From contig OZ245033.1 in NCBI GenBank assembly GCA_965224025.1, positions 2,720,001-2,784,000 of the forward strand: a DNA stretch of 64,000 nucleotides, written 5' to 3'. This DNA is from Candidatus Multivorans sp. GTDB lineage: Bacteria > Acidobacteriota > Thermoanaerobaculia > Multivoradales > Multivoraceae. Within the stretch, counting starts at the first letter, position 1. Each line of letters begins with the position of its first letter. The position numbers were made by a program, and so were the translations under genes. Shown here piece after piece: positions 50,203-60,701 of the stretch. Under the pieces are notes generated by a model. That model was given only the letters and a program-made list of their open reading frames with translations. It was not told the DNA's origin and searched no databases.

Positions 50203-52648
50203 TCGAAGCCGCTTCTCGGGCCCGGCGCGGATGGGCGCGCTCCTGGCCGTGCTCCTGGCGGCGTCGCCGGCCGCATCTCAACTTCTTGTCGGTCGTCCGA
50301 TCGCGTCGGTCGAGTACACCGGCGTCGAGACGCTGAGCGAAGAGAGCCTGAGCTACTACCTCGACTTGGCGCCGGGAAAGCCCTGGGATCCGGGCCGACT
50401 GAACGACCGGATCAAGGAGCTGTGGGAGCGTGAGCTGGTCGACGACATCTCCGTCAATGCCGAGGCCGAAGGCGAGGGCGTCGGGGTGCGGGTTGCGATC
50501 ACTGAACGGCCCCTCCTGACCTCTCTTGACTACGACGGGCTGAAGAAGCTGAAGCGCAGCGACATCGGCGACATGACGGATCGGGAGCGCATCTCGGTCT
50601 ACGAGGATCTTCCGCTCGACCTCGGTGAACTGGCCCGCCTCGAGCAGGCGATCAAGAAGCTCTACGAAGAGCGGGGCTACCGCTTCGCCGGGATCCACGT
50701 GGAGGTGCAGGACGCGGGCCTGGGCGAGAAGCGTGTTCTGATCACCGTCGACGAGGGCGGCCGGGTCAAGATCGGCCAGGTCGACTTCGAGGGCAACGAA
50801 GTGTTCTCCGCCGGCAAGCTCCGCCGACAGATGGAGAAGACGAAGAAGTCGAATCTGCTGACCCGGATTCGCAAGCGCGACGTCTTCAACTCGGCCACCG
50901 TCGAGGAGGATCTCGACAAGGTCAAGGGCCTCTATCGCCGCTTCGGCTACAAGGATGTCGAGGTCGGCGATCCGGAACTCGACGTGATCGAGCGCAAGCC
51001 GAACGCGGAGCGGCTAGAGGACCGCAAGCGGCAGCTCGCCCTGGTGGTGCCGATCGAGGAGGGGCCGCGCTGGAAGCTGGGTGAAATCGACATCGAAGGC
51101 GCCGAGGTGTTGCCGGAAGGCCTCCTGCGCCGGATGTTCAAGGATCCCCAGGGCGGTTGGCTGCGTTCGGACGTGATCGACGAGGGGGTCGAGCAGATCG
51201 GCGAGCTCTACAGCAACAGCGGCTACATCTTCGCGGACGTGAAGATGGAGGTCATCGAACGCGACGATCTGGTGGCGGATCTGCTGGTGACGGTCGAGGA
51301 GAACGACCAGTTCAGGGTCGGGAGGCTCGAGTTCACCGGCAACGACCGCACCCGGGACCGCGTTCTCCGGCGCCAGATGCTGCTGAAGGAGGGCGATGTC
51401 TTCAACTCGGGCAGGCTCCGCACCAGCCTGTTGCGGCTCAGTCAGCTCGAGTACTACGTAGTCAACGAGGACGATCCGGTCGAGGTCAACTACGACACCG
51501 GCAACCAGAAGGTCGATCTGGTCGTCAAGGGCACGGAAGCGGGCCAGACCGAGGTCCAGTTCGGCGGCGGCTACAGCGAGCTGGACGGGTTCTTCGTCCA
51601 GTCGGCTCTCCGCACCCGCAACTTCCTCGGCCGCGGCGAGACCGTCGGCGTATCGATTCAGACCGGGCGCTATCGCGACATCTTCGATGTCTCCTACTAC
51701 ATGCCGTGGGTCAAGGACCGGCCGCAGAACATCGGCATCCAGTTGTTCAACCGCGACACGGACTTCGATCTGCTGGTCGACCAGCGCTACCGGAGCAAGG
51801 AGGCGGGCGGCGTCATCTCGTTCGGACGGCAGTTCCGGCGGTGGGAGCTCGTCCAGTTGGCCTACAGCAACATGGACATCGAGAGCTACCAGTCGCAAAC
51901 CTTCTTTTTCTTCGAGGATCCGGAGGAGCGGGACGAGACTCTGAGCGACACGATCGAGCAGGCGTTCCAGTTCAACAGGCGGTCGATCACCGCGACCTAC
52001 CAGTACGACAGCCACAACAGCCGGCTCGAGCCGACCCAGGGCAAACGACTGATTGCCTCGCTCGAGTACGCCGGCGGTCTGCTGGGCGGCGAGTCGTTCT
52101 TCATCCGGCCCTCGCTGACGGCCGCGATCACCGTGCCGTTGACGCGGGGGGCGTGGCGCACGGTGGGCAGGGCGAACTTCCAGCTCGGCTACATCAAGCC
52201 CTTCGGCATGGACGACGAGGGCAACCTCCGCCAACTGTTCTTCCTCGATCGCTATCTGCTCGGCGGGGAGAACAGCCTCAGGGGCTTCGCCTTCCGGTCG
52301 ATCTGGGTGCGCGATCCGGAAACCGGGCGAACGCTGCTGGATCAGAACGGTTTCCCTCAGGGCGGCAACAAGAGCGTCGTGGTCAACCTCGAGCACCACA
52401 CGCTGGTCAACGGCCCCTTCCGGGTGGTCGCCTTCTTTGACGCCGGCAACGTCTATGGCGATGACCAGGACGTCGACTTCAGCCACATGAGAATGTCTGC
52501 CGGTATCGAACTTCGGGTTAACGTGCCTATCCTTGGAGCCCCGCTCCGGTTCATCTACGCTACGAACCTGAATCCCCTCGACGACCTCGGCGGTTTCGAC
52601 CGGGAACGCTTCGACAGCTTTGACTTCAGCATCGGGACCAGCTTCTGA
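50171..52648 (+). CDS. bamA: Outer membrane protein assembly factor BamA
   Basis: POTRA repeats (GNDRTRDRVLRR), NFLGRG, LGGENSLRGF, C-terminal FSIGTSF; start could be ATG 50231. Confidence 0.95.
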   Translation: MRRNLLLPNPDRSRFSGPARMGALLAVLLAASPAASQLLVGRPIASVEYTGVETLSEESLSYYLDLAPGKPWDPGRLNDRIKELWERELVDDISVNAEAEGEGVGVRVAITERPLLTSLDYDGLKKLKRSDIGDMTDRERISVYEDLPLDLGELARLEQAIKKLYEERGYRFAGIHVEVQDAGLGEKRVLITVDEGGRVKIGQVDFEGNEVFSAGKLRRQMEKTKKSNLLTRIRKRDVFNSATVEEDLDKVKGLYRRFGYKDVEVGDPELDVIERKPNAERLEDRKRQLALVVPIEEGPRWKLGEIDIEGAEVLPEGLLRRMFKDPQGGWLRSDVIDEGVEQIGELYSNSGYIFADVKMEVIERDDLVADLLVTVEENDQFRVGRLEFTGNDRTRDRVLRRQMLLKEGDVFNSGRLRTSLLRLSQLEYYVVNEDDPVEVNYDTGNQKVDLVVKGTEAGQTEVQFGGGYSELDGFFVQSALRTRNFLGRGETVGVSIQTGRYRDIFDVSYYMPWVKDRPQNIGIQLFNRDTDFDLLVDQRYRSKEAGGVISFGRQFRRWELVQLAYSNMDIESYQSQTFFFFEDPEERDETLSDTIEQAFQFNRRSITATYQYDSHNSRLEPTQGKRLIASLEYAGGLLGGESFFIRPSLTAAITVPLTRGAWRTVGRANFQLGYIKPFGMDDEGNLRQLFFLDRYLLGGENSLRGFAFRSIWVRDPETGRTLLDQNGFPQGGNKSVVVNLEHHTLVNGPFRVVAFFDAGNVYGDDQDVDFSHMRMSAGIELRVNVPILGAPLRFIYATNLNPLDDLGGFDRERFDSFDFSIGTSF

Positions 52649-52677
52649 GGTCCCTGGCCATAAACGGAGAACAGCCC

Positions 52678-53229
52678 ATGAAACTCAACACACTCGTTGC
52701 CCGCGCCGCCCTCGTCGCGGGCGCCGTCCTCCTGGGGGCCCTGACCTCGGGACCGGCCCTCGCCCAGAGCAAGATCGCGGTGATCGAGGTCGAGCGGCTG
52801 CTGCAGGAATCGGGTCGAGGCCAGGTGGCGGTCCAGGAACTGACCAGGCTCAGGGACCAGATGCAGTCGCGGCTCCAGGGTCAGCAGGAACAGTTGGCGG
52901 CACTGCAGAAGCAGTACACCGACGGCCGTCTGACCCTGGCTGAGGATCGTCTGGCGGAGATGGAGAAGCAGATCGAGGACATGACCATCGGGCTGCAACG
53001 TTCCCAGGACGACGCGAACCGCGAGATGCAGAAGCTGCAGACCGAGAAGTTCGGCGAGATCGAGCAGGCCGTCCTGCCGATCATCTCCCAGGTCGGCCGG
53101 GAGTTCGGCTACACGGCGATCTTCAACAAGTTCCAGGGCGGATTGCTGTACTCGGCCGATGCCGCCGACATCACGAACCTGATCATCGAGCGCTACAACG
53201 CCGCCTATCCGGCGACGCTCGCGGAGTAG
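52678..53229 (+). CDS. skp: OmpH/Skp periplasmic chaperone
   Basis: Signal peptide, KIAVIEVERLL, coiled coil, DITNLIIERYN; follows bamA. Confidence 0.9.
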   Translation: MKLNTLVARAALVAGAVLLGALTSGPALAQSKIAVIEVERLLQESGRGQVAVQELTRLRDQMQSRLQGQQEQLAALQKQYTDGRLTLAEDRLAEMEKQIEDMTIGLQRSQDDANREMQKLQTEKFGEIEQAVLPIISQVGREFGYTAIFNKFQGGLLYSADAADITNLIIERYNAAYPATLAE

Positions 53230-53233
53230 CCGG

Positions 53234-54631
53234 CTATTCGTTCCTGATGCCGTAGAGCTTCGAGCGGGTGCGGATCAGCAGCCGGTCGCCCGCGACCGCG
53301 GGCGACGCCATCGCCATCTCGTCGAGGCTGTTGATGTGCAGCACTTCGTACTCGGCGCCGGCCCGGATCACGTAGGTGTCGCCCTGCTCGCTCAGCGCGA
53401 AGACGCGGTCGTTGTAGGCCCACGGCGATGAGGTGAAGCTGGCGCCGCCGCGCGGAGCGACCCGCTGGCGGCCGTACACCGGTTCCCCCGTCAGCGCGTC
53501 GTAGGCCTCGAAGAAGCCGCGGTCCAGCAGGCTGTAGTAGATGCCCTTGTAGACCAGGGGCGAGGTGTTGTAGTTGCCGGCCTTCGGCTGGTGCCAGGCG
53601 ACGAACTCGCTCTCGGTCGCGTCCTCCTCCAGGGTGATGTCGCCCAATGCGCCCGGACGGATCGCGAACACCGGCCGGCGCTGGTCCTGGAAGTAGCCGG
53701 AGTTCACGTAGACCATGTCGTGCGCGGCAAAGGGAGTCGCGATCGCCGCCCACGACATGCGGCCGTCCATCTCCCAGAGCAACTCGCCGTCGAGGCCGTA
53801 GGAGCGGATGCGGTTCTTGCCGTTGGTGACGATCTCGGCGCGGACTTCGTTCGTCCACACGAGGGGCGTGGCCCAACTCGAGACCTCGTCGCGGTCGGTA
53901 CGCCAGCGCTGCTCGCCGGTGACCTTGTCGAGGCCGGCGATCCAGGACTCCTCCTCGTTGTCGTACAGGACGATCAGCAGGTCGTCGTGCACCACCGGCG
54001 AGGAGGCGGCGCCGTAGTCCCACATGGTCGGCCGGAAGGGGGTGTCGAAGCTCCAGACCGAGGCCCCGTCCATCGTGAAGGCGTAGACACCGAGATCGCC
54101 GAAGCGGACGTAGACGCGTTCACCGTCGGTGGTGGGGGTCTCGGAGGCGTAGGTCTGCTTCTGGTGACGCGGGAACTCGGGGATTCCCGTCTTGACGGAG
54201 CGATGCCAGACGACCTCGCCGGTCTCGATGTCCAGGCAGTAGACCCGCCAGTCATGGATGGCCTGGGGCGGTTCGCTCCGCCCTCGCGCGGCGTAGAGCC
54301 CGGCCTGGGGACGTTCGAACTCGCCCTCGGACACCGCCGCCGTGAGGAACACGCGGTTGCCCCAGACGATCGGACTCGACCAGCCGAGACCCGAGACCTC
54401 GGTCACCCACTCGACGTTCTCCGTCTGGCTCCAGCGGTCCGGCAGGTTCGGGTTGTCCTCGACCGCCGGGTTCATGCCCGGGCCGCGGAACTGGGGCCAG
54501 TTGTCGGATGCTTGGGCCGGTGCGGTGACGCAGAGAGTGGCGCAGGTGAGGATCGCTACTGCGCTCGCTGCACGGTCGATCAACCGGGGCGAGAGTTCGC
54601 GACAGGGTCGCGACGTGGTCGGTGCATCCAT
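53234..54631 (-). CDS. PQQ-like beta-propeller repeat protein, secreted
   Basis: NWPQFRGP, GWSSPIVWG, YASETPTTDG, SWATPL, MASPAVAGDRLLIRT. Confidence 0.88.
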   Translation of the reverse strand: MDAPTTSRPCRELSPRLIDRAASAVAILTCATLCVTAPAQASDNWPQFRGPGMNPAVEDNPNLPDRWSQTENVEWVTEVSGLGWSSPIVWGNRVFLTAAVSEGEFERPQAGLYAARGRSEPPQAIHDWRVYCLDIETGEVVWHRSVKTGIPEFPRHQKQTYASETPTTDGERVYVRFGDLGVYAFTMDGASVWSFDTPFRPTMWDYGAASSPVVHDDLLIVLYDNEEESWIAGLDKVTGEQRWRTDRDEVSSWATPLVWTNEVRAEIVTNGKNRIRSYGLDGELLWEMDGRMSWAAIATPFAAHDMVYVNSGYFQDQRRPVFAIRPGALGDITLEEDATESEFVAWHQPKAGNYNTSPLVYKGIYYSLLDRGFFEAYDALTGEPVYGRQRVAPRGGASFTSSPWAYNDRVFALSEQGDTYVIRAGAEYEVLHINSLDEMAMASPAVAGDRLLIRTRSKLYGIRNE

Positions 54632-54721
54632 CGAAGGAACCTCCAGGAGTCGTCGAAGAGAGTTCCGGCATCGTATCGCTGCCCAGACGGGCGTCCACCG
54701 GGGTTCTTGTAGTCTCGTTCA

Positions 54722-55849
54722 GTGACCCACCGTCTGGCTGATCTCGCCGCGATGATCGGCGCCGAGTTTGTGGGCGATCCGGATCGGCCCATCGACGGTG
54801 TCGCCACGCTGGAGGCCGCCGGTGACCGGGATCTCTCCTTCCTGACCAATCCCAGGTACCGGGATCAGGCGCGCTCTTCGGGGGCCGGGGCGCTCCTGGT
54901 GCCGAAGGACATCTCGCCCGACACGCTTGGCGGTCTGCCCGCCGACTTGTTGTTCTGCGACGACGCGTATCGCGCTCTTGCCGACCTGATGACGGCGCTC
55001 TTCCCGACGCCCGAAGTGGCGCCGGGCGTTCATGAGACGGCGTGCGTCGATGCGACCGCCCGTGTCGATGCCGCCGCCCGGATCGATGCCTTCGCCGTCG
55101 TCGGCGCGGGGTCGACGGTGGCCGCGGGCGCGATCGTCGGCGCCCACGGCGTGGTCGGCCGCGGCTGCCGGATCGGCGCGGGCACGGTGCTTCACCCGCA
55201 CGTCGTGGTCTACGACGGCGGCCGGATCGGCGATCGGGTGATCGTCCACTCGGGCGTCGTGCTCGGGGCGGACGGATTCGGTTTTGCCGAGGGGGCGGCG
55301 GCGGCGTCGCGGGTCAAGTTGCCCCAGGTCGGCGTCGTCGCGATCGAGGACGATGTCGAGATCGGCGCCAACTCGGCCATCGACCGGGCCACGTTCGACA
55401 CCACTCGCATTGGCCGCGGCACCAAGATCGACAACCTGGTGCAGATCGGTCACAACGCGCAGATCGGCAAGGGATGCATCCTCTGCGGACAGGCGGGGGT
55501 GTCAGGCAGCAGCCGCATCGGCGACCGGGTTCTGCTCGCGGGTCAGGCCGGTGTCGCGGGTCATTTCGAGATCGGGGACGGGGTGCAGGTCGCGGCCAAG
55601 TCCGCCGTGTTCCAGGAGGTGCCGCCGGGGCAGCGGGTTGCTGGAATCCCCGCGACGCCGATTGCCGCCTGGCGTCGCCGGAACGCGCTACAGTCCCGCC
55701 TGCCGGCGATGCGCGCCGCGCTGCGCGGCCTTGAGCGCCGCGTCCAGGAGTTGGAAGCGGCGGGCATCGACGGGGTGGGTGGCTCGGCGTCGTCGGCTGG
55801 ACCTTTGCCGGCAGCGGATCGAGTGACGGACGGGGGAGACGAGAAGTGA
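54722..55849 (+). CDS. lpxD: UDP-3-O-acylglucosamine N-acyltransferase
   Basis: LSFLTNPRY, hexapeptide repeats, [27 protein letters not shown]. Confidence 0.96.
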   Translation: MTHRLADLAAMIGAEFVGDPDRPIDGVATLEAAGDRDLSFLTNPRYRDQARSSGAGALLVPKDISPDTLGGLPADLLFCDDAYRALADLMTALFPTPEVAPGVHETACVDATARVDAAARIDAFAVVGAGSTVAAGAIVGAHGVVGRGCRIGAGTVLHPHVVVYDGGRIGDRVIVHSGVVLGADGFGFAEGAAAASRVKLPQVGVVAIEDDVEIGANSAIDRATFDTTRIGRGTKIDNLVQIGHNAQIGKGCILCGQAGVSGSSRIGDRVLLAGQAGVAGHFEIGDGVQVAAKSAVFQEVPPGQRVAGIPATPIAAWRRRNALQSRLPAMRAALRGLERRVQELEAAGIDGVGGSASSAGPLPAADRVTDGGDEK

Positions 55850-56316
55850 GCGAGGAGCAGACCGTTGGCGGGGCGCCCCTGGGCCCGTTCGACTCGCGTT
55901 GGATCGCGACCGTGCTGCCGCACCGCTATCCGCTGCTCCTGGTCGACCGGGTGCTGGAGTTGGCGCCGGGGCGGCGCGTGGTGGCGATCAAGAACGTGAC
56001 CCGCAACGAGCCCTTCTTCGACGGCCACTTCCCGGGCAACCCGATCATGCCCGGCGTGCTGGTGATCGAGGCGATGGCGCAGACGGCGGCGCTGCTGCTG
56101 CTGCACGAAGTGGAAGATCGGGATCAGAAGGTGCTCTTCCTCTCCGGTATCGAGAAGGTTCGCTTTCGCAGGCCCGTGGTCCCAGGCGATCAACTGCGGA
56201 TGGAGGTGCAGTCCCTGCGCATGCGGACCGTCCATTCACGCTTCCGGGGCCGGGCGACCGTGAATGGCGAGCTGGCGGTGGAGGCGGTCTGCACGTCCAC
56301 GATGGCCAGGGCCTGA
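55846..56316 (+). CDS. fabZ: 3-hydroxyacyl-ACP dehydratase
   Basis: [38 protein letters not shown]. Confidence 0.96.
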   Translation: MSEEQTVGGAPLGPFDSRWIATVLPHRYPLLLVDRVLELAPGRRVVAIKNVTRNEPFFDGHFPGNPIMPGVLVIEAMAQTAALLLLHEVEDRDQKVLFLSGIEKVRFRRPVVPGDQLRMEVQSLRMRTVHSRFRGRATVNGELAVEAVCTSTMARA

Positions 56317-56350
56317 AAGACCGGCGGTTGCTGATGCCGGGGCACGCACG

Positions 56351-57163
56351 GTGACGGCCGAACTCCACCCGACGGCGATCGTCGACCGTGAGGCCGAGTT
56401 GGGCGAAGACGTGGTCATCGGTCCCTACGCCGTGATCGGCGCCGGCGTTAAGGTCGGCGACGGCACGAAGGTCGGCGCCCACGCGACGATCTACGGCGAA
56501 ACGGTCCTCGGCCGGGCGAACAGGGTCTTTCCCCATGCGGCGATCGGCTTCGACCCGCAGGACCTCAAGTACAAGGGAGAGAGCAGCCGGCTGGCGATCG
56601 GCGACCGGAACCAGTTCCGGGAGTTCTGCACGATCAACCGGGGAACGGAGTTCGGCGGCGGCGAGACGCGGATCGCCGATGACAACCTGTTCATGACCCA
56701 GACGCACGTCGGCCACGACAGCCAAGTGGGCAGCCGCACCGTGTTCACCAACGCCGCCACTCTGGCCGGGCACGTGGTGGTCGAGGACGACGCGACGCTC
56801 GGCGCGTTCTCGGGTGTCCACCAGTTCTGCCGGGTGGGCAGGCACGCCTACATCGGCGGCTTTTCGGTGATCACCATGGACGCGCTGCCGTTCTGCATCA
56901 CGGTCGGGATCAAGCCGGCGTGCATGGGCGTCAACCGCATCGGCCTGGAACGCAAAGGGAAGTCGCCCGAGGACATCCGGGCGATCGAGCGCGCGGTGAA
57001 GGTGGTCACGCGCTCGCGCCGGAACAGGACCCAGGCTCTGGAGGAACTGGACACCGGGCATGCCGGGCACGCCGACGTGGACGCGCTGATCGCGTTCATT
57101 CGCAGTTCCGCCAGAGGCTTCATCCGCTCGGCGCGCCGCGGCTCGCGAGGCGCCGGCGCCTGA
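56351..57163 (+). CDS. lpxA: UDP-N-acetylglucosamine O-acyltransferase
   Basis: LHPTAIVD, PQDLKYKGE, REFCTINRGT, HVGHD, LAGHV, VHQFCRVG. Confidence 0.96.
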   Translation: MTAELHPTAIVDREAELGEDVVIGPYAVIGAGVKVGDGTKVGAHATIYGETVLGRANRVFPHAAIGFDPQDLKYKGESSRLAIGDRNQFREFCTINRGTEFGGGETRIADDNLFMTQTHVGHDSQVGSRTVFTNAATLAGHVVVEDDATLGAFSGVHQFCRVGRHAYIGGFSVITMDALPFCITVGIKPACMGVNRIGLERKGKSPEDIRAIERAVKVVTRSRRNRTQALEELDTGHAGHADVDALIAFIRSSARGFIRSARRGSRGAGA

Positions 57164-57173
57164 GGGCGCGCCG

Positions 57174-58148
57174 ATGGGGAGCGGACTCCGCGCCGGTGTG
57201 GTCGGCGCCGGCGTGATGGGCCGCCATCATGTCCGCCTGCTCACGGACCTTCTGGGACCCCGGGCGGTGCTCGTGGTCGATGCCGATGCGGCTCGGGCCG
57301 CAACCGTCGCGGATGAGCACGGCGTCGCGGTGGCGGCTGGACTCGGCGAGCTGGCGGAGGCCGTCGACGTGGCCGTGGTCGCCGTTCCAACGGTCGATCA
57401 CCTCGACGTGGCGGGGCGTCTGATCGAGGCCGGAGTCCACGTCCTGGTCGAAAAGCCGATCGCGGTCGACCTCGCCCAGGCGGACGCACTGGTCGAGGCC
57501 GCGGCGGCGCGCGGTGTGGTTCTGGCGGCGGGCCACGTCGAGTTCTACAATCCAGCCGTTCAGGCACTGTTGGCTTCGGGTCGCGGGCCTCGCTTCGTCG
57601 AAGTCGAACGGATGTCGCCCTTCAGCCCTCGTAGCCTGGACGTGGACGTGGTGCTGGACCTGATGATTCACGACCTGCAGATCCTCCACGCCCTCGATCC
57701 GAGTCCGGTGCGCGAAGTACGGGCGGTCGGGATCGATGTCCTGTCGGACCGGGTCGACATCGCCGACGCCCGGATCGAACTCGAATCGGGCTGTGTCGCG
57801 AACCTGACCGCGTCGCGGGTGTCCACGGAGCGGGTGCGGCAGCTGCGGGTCTTCTTCGCGGATCGGTACTACTCGCTGGACTACCAGGAGCAGACGGTGC
57901 GGGGGTTCCGCGGAGTGCGGGGCGCCGGCGCCGCGACGCCCGCCGCGGCCGGCGCCGGGGGACCGGCCGGACGCATCGTGCCGGCCGATCTCGAGGTGGA
58001 ACAGGGCGAACCGCTGTGCCGGGAACTCAAGGCGTTTCTCGACCGCTGTGCGGGTGGACGGGCTGCGTTCGTCGACGGCGAGGCTGGCCGGCGGGCGCTC
58101 AAGACGGCGCTACGGGTGAACTCGACGATCGGCGGAAGCGGAACATGA
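57174..58148 (+). CDS. Gfo/Idh/MocA oxidoreductase (GnnA-like)
   Basis: GVVGAGVMG, VLVEKP, GHVEFYNPA, VVLDLMIHDL, NLTASRVS; directly after lpxA. Confidence 0.85.
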   Translation: MGSGLRAGVVGAGVMGRHHVRLLTDLLGPRAVLVVDADAARAATVADEHGVAVAAGLGELAEAVDVAVVAVPTVDHLDVAGRLIEAGVHVLVEKPIAVDLAQADALVEAAAARGVVLAAGHVEFYNPAVQALLASGRGPRFVEVERMSPFSPRSLDVDVVLDLMIHDLQILHALDPSPVREVRAVGIDVLSDRVDIADARIELESGCVANLTASRVSTERVRQLRVFFADRYYSLDYQEQTVRGFRGVRGAGAATPAAAGAGGPAGRIVPADLEVEQGEPLCRELKAFLDRCAGGRAAFVDGEAGRRALKTALRVNSTIGGSGT

Positions 58149-59038
58149 GCGCGGACGCCTACAAGGTAGGGATCATCGGCGGCTCCGGCCTCTACGGCAT
58201 GGAGGAGCTCGAGGTTCACGAGGAACGCGCGATCGAAACGCCGTTCGGCAGCCCCTCCGAGGTCTTCGTGCTGGGCGAGCTGAGCGGTCGGCGGGTCGCT
58301 TTCCTGGCCCGTCACGGCCGCGGCCACCGCATCCTGCCCAGCGAGTTGAACTTCCGGGCCAACATCTATGCCTTCAAGACGCTGGGCATAGAGAGGTTGA
58401 TCTCGCTGTCGGCCGTTGGCTCGCTCCGGCGTCGCTACCAGCCGACCCACATCGTGGTGCCGGACCAGTTCATCGACCGGACGCGGTACCGGCCCGACAC
58501 GTTCTTCGGCAACGGGCTGGCGGCGCATGTCGCCTTCGCCGATCCGATCTGTCCGGTGCTGATGGAGGTCTGCGCCGACCAATCGGCCGCGGCGGGCGCC
58601 GTGGTCCACCGCGGCGGCACGTATGTGTGCATGGAGGGACCCCAGTTCTCAACCCGCGCCGAGTCGTTCATGCACCGTGGCTGGGGCGCGGACGTGATCG
58701 GCATGACGAACCTGCAGGAGGCGAAGCTGGCGCGGGAGGCGGAGATCTGCTACTTGACGCTCGCTCTGATCACGGACTACGACTGCTGGCACGAGGAGGA
58801 AGATGACGTCACCGTCGATGCCGTCCTCGCCGTGCTGCAACAGAACGCGCGCACCGCGCAGGCCGCGGTGGCGCGGATCGTCGGGGCGTTGCCGGAGGAA
58901 CGGTCGCCTGGAGCGTGTCCCTGCGCCAATGCGCTGGAGCACGCGCTGATCACCGATCCGTCGGTCATACCGGCGTCCGTGCTGCGCGACCTGGCCCCGA
59001 TCGTCGGCGGGCGCCTGGGCCGCGACGACGACCGTTGA
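58145..59038 (+). CDS. mtnP: S-methyl-5'-thioadenosine phosphorylase
   Basis: GIIGGSGLY, LARHGRGH, PDQFIDRT, EGPQFSTRAES, GMTNLQEAKLAREAE, TDYDCWH. Confidence 0.94.
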   Translation: MSADAYKVGIIGGSGLYGMEELEVHEERAIETPFGSPSEVFVLGELSGRRVAFLARHGRGHRILPSELNFRANIYAFKTLGIERLISLSAVGSLRRRYQPTHIVVPDQFIDRTRYRPDTFFGNGLAAHVAFADPICPVLMEVCADQSAAAGAVVHRGGTYVCMEGPQFSTRAESFMHRGWGADVIGMTNLQEAKLAREAEICYLTLALITDYDCWHEEEDDVTVDAVLAVLQQNARTAQAAVARIVGALPEERSPGACPCANALEHALITDPSVIPASVLRDLAPIVGGRLGRDDDR

Positions 59039-59061
59039 GCGGCGAAGAGCGGGGGCCCGAA

Positions 59062-59838
59062 GTGACGCGACTGCTGCTGACGAACGACGACGGCGTCGCC
59101 GCGAAGGGCCTGGTCTGCCTGGCGGCGGCGCTCGACGAAGCCGTGACGCCCTTGGGGCCGATCGACTACCGGGTGGTGGCGCCGCTGCACGAGCAGAGCG
59201 GATGCGGGCAGGCCCTGACGCTGTTCCGGCCGCTGCGCGCCAAGCCGGTGCGGGAAGGTTGGTTCTCGGTCGACGGCACGCCGTCCGACTGCGTCAACCT
59301 GGGCGTTCACGCGTTGCTGGACCGGCCCCCCGATCTACTCGTCTCGGGCATCAACTACGGGGTCAACCTGGGCGACGACGTGACTCACAGCGGCACGGTC
59401 GGCGCCGCGCTCGAGGCCAGGCTGCTCGGCATACCGGCAGTCGCCTTCTCCCAGGAGTACCGCAAGGCCCAGCCGGCGGACATGGAACGGGCCGCGGCGC
59501 TGGCGGCGCGCGCGATCGTGTCCCTGCTCGAGCAGGGGATTCCCGATCGGATGCTCCTCAATGTGAACTTCCCGTTCGATCCGCCGCGCGGCGTCAAGGT
59601 CGCGAGGCTCGGCCGGCGTCCGTACCGCAACTCGGTGGTGCAGCAGGATGATCCGCGCGGCGGAGAGATGTACTGGCTGGTGGGAAAGCCGGAGCCTGAG
59701 CGCCTCCACGACACGGACGCCGCGGCCGTTCGCGACGGCTACATCTCGATCACTCCGCTCAGCGCCGACCTGACCGACCGCCGGGCGATCGCCGAGGGCG
59801 ACGGTGTGTTGCCGGGTCTCGTTGGAGCGCTCCGTTGA
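59062..59838 (+). CDS. surE: 5'/3'-nucleotidase SurE
   Basis: LLTNDDG, DGTPSDCV, SGINYGVNLG, SGTVGAA, LNVNFP, ISITPL. Confidence 0.95.
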   Translation: MTRLLLTNDDGVAAKGLVCLAAALDEAVTPLGPIDYRVVAPLHEQSGCGQALTLFRPLRAKPVREGWFSVDGTPSDCVNLGVHALLDRPPDLLVSGINYGVNLGDDVTHSGTVGAALEARLLGIPAVAFSQEYRKAQPADMERAAALAARAIVSLLEQGIPDRMLLNVNFPFDPPRGVKVARLGRRPYRNSVVQQDDPRGGEMYWLVGKPEPERLHDTDAAAVRDGYISITPLSADLTDRRAIAEGDGVLPGLVGALR

Positions 59839-60515
59839 CGACGGATGGGCTCAAGCTGGACGGCGCCTATCGCTTTCCCCGCCGGCGCATGGTCACGAAG
59901 CTGGTCGAGCAGTACGGCGTGCGGGACGAGCGGGTGCTCGCGGCTTTGGAACGCGTTCCGCGTCACCTCTTCGTGCCGGAGCACCTGGTCAACAACGCTT
60001 ACAGCGATCGTGCGTTGCCGATCGGTTGCGAGCAGACGATTTCCCAGCCCTACATCGTCGCGCGCATGACGGCTGAGCTGGATGTGAGGGAAGAGGACTC
60101 GGTGCTCGAGATCGGTACGGGATCGGGCTACCAGACGGCGATCCTGGCGGCGCTCGCTCGCCGCGTCTACAGCATCGAGAGGGTGGGGCAGTTGGCCCGG
60201 GAGGCGATCGGCAGAATCCAGGCGCTCGAGCTGCCCAACGTCAAGGTCCAGGTCTTCGACGGCACGGTCGGCTGGAGCAGTGCCGCGCCCTTCGACCGCA
60301 TCCTCGTTGCCGCGGCGGCGCCCCGGGTTCCCGACGCGCTTCTCGATCAACTGGCGCCGGGCGGCCGCCTGGTCATTCCGGAAGGGGACCAGCACGAGCA
60401 GCGGTTGATCGACTACCGGAAGCACAAGAACGGCGTGGTCACGCGGGAGGTTGGCGAACCGGTTCGCTTCGTGCCCCTGATCGGTCGACACGGCTGGAAG
60501 ACGAAGGTCGACTAG
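59835..60515 (+). CDS. pcm: Protein-L-isoaspartate O-methyltransferase
   Basis: VPRHLFV, QTISQPYIVA, VLEIGTGSGYQ, APFDRI, VRFVPL. Confidence 0.95.
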   Translation: MTTDGLKLDGAYRFPRRRMVTKLVEQYGVRDERVLAALERVPRHLFVPEHLVNNAYSDRALPIGCEQTISQPYIVARMTAELDVREEDSVLEIGTGSGYQTAILAALARRVYSIERVGQLAREAIGRIQALELPNVKVQVFDGTVGWSSAAPFDRILVAAAAPRVPDALLDQLAPGGRLVIPEGDQHEQRLIDYRKHKNGVVTREVGEPVRFVPLIGRHGWKTKVD

Positions 60516-60562
60516 GAGGAGTCGAGTCGCGGCGTCCGCGCCGCGCTGACGCACGGGAAACA

Positions 60563-60676
60563 GGGCTTGTTCCATGCAAGTATCCGCAGCGGGGACTGAT
60601 GCGCTGTTGCGCAGGGAACGAGGCGGCGTCCGGATGCGGGCAGGATGCCCGCGTTCCCAGGGGCTTGTTCCATGCA
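60563..60676 (+). repeat. REP-like palindrome (60630-60661) within 16-bp direct repeats
   Basis: GGGCTTGTTCCATGCA at 60563-60578 and 60661-60676; hairpin GCGGGCA-GGA-TGCCCGC. Confidence 0.72.
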
Positions 60677-60701
60677 GGGGCCCTGACTGGAGAAGATTGC
60701 G

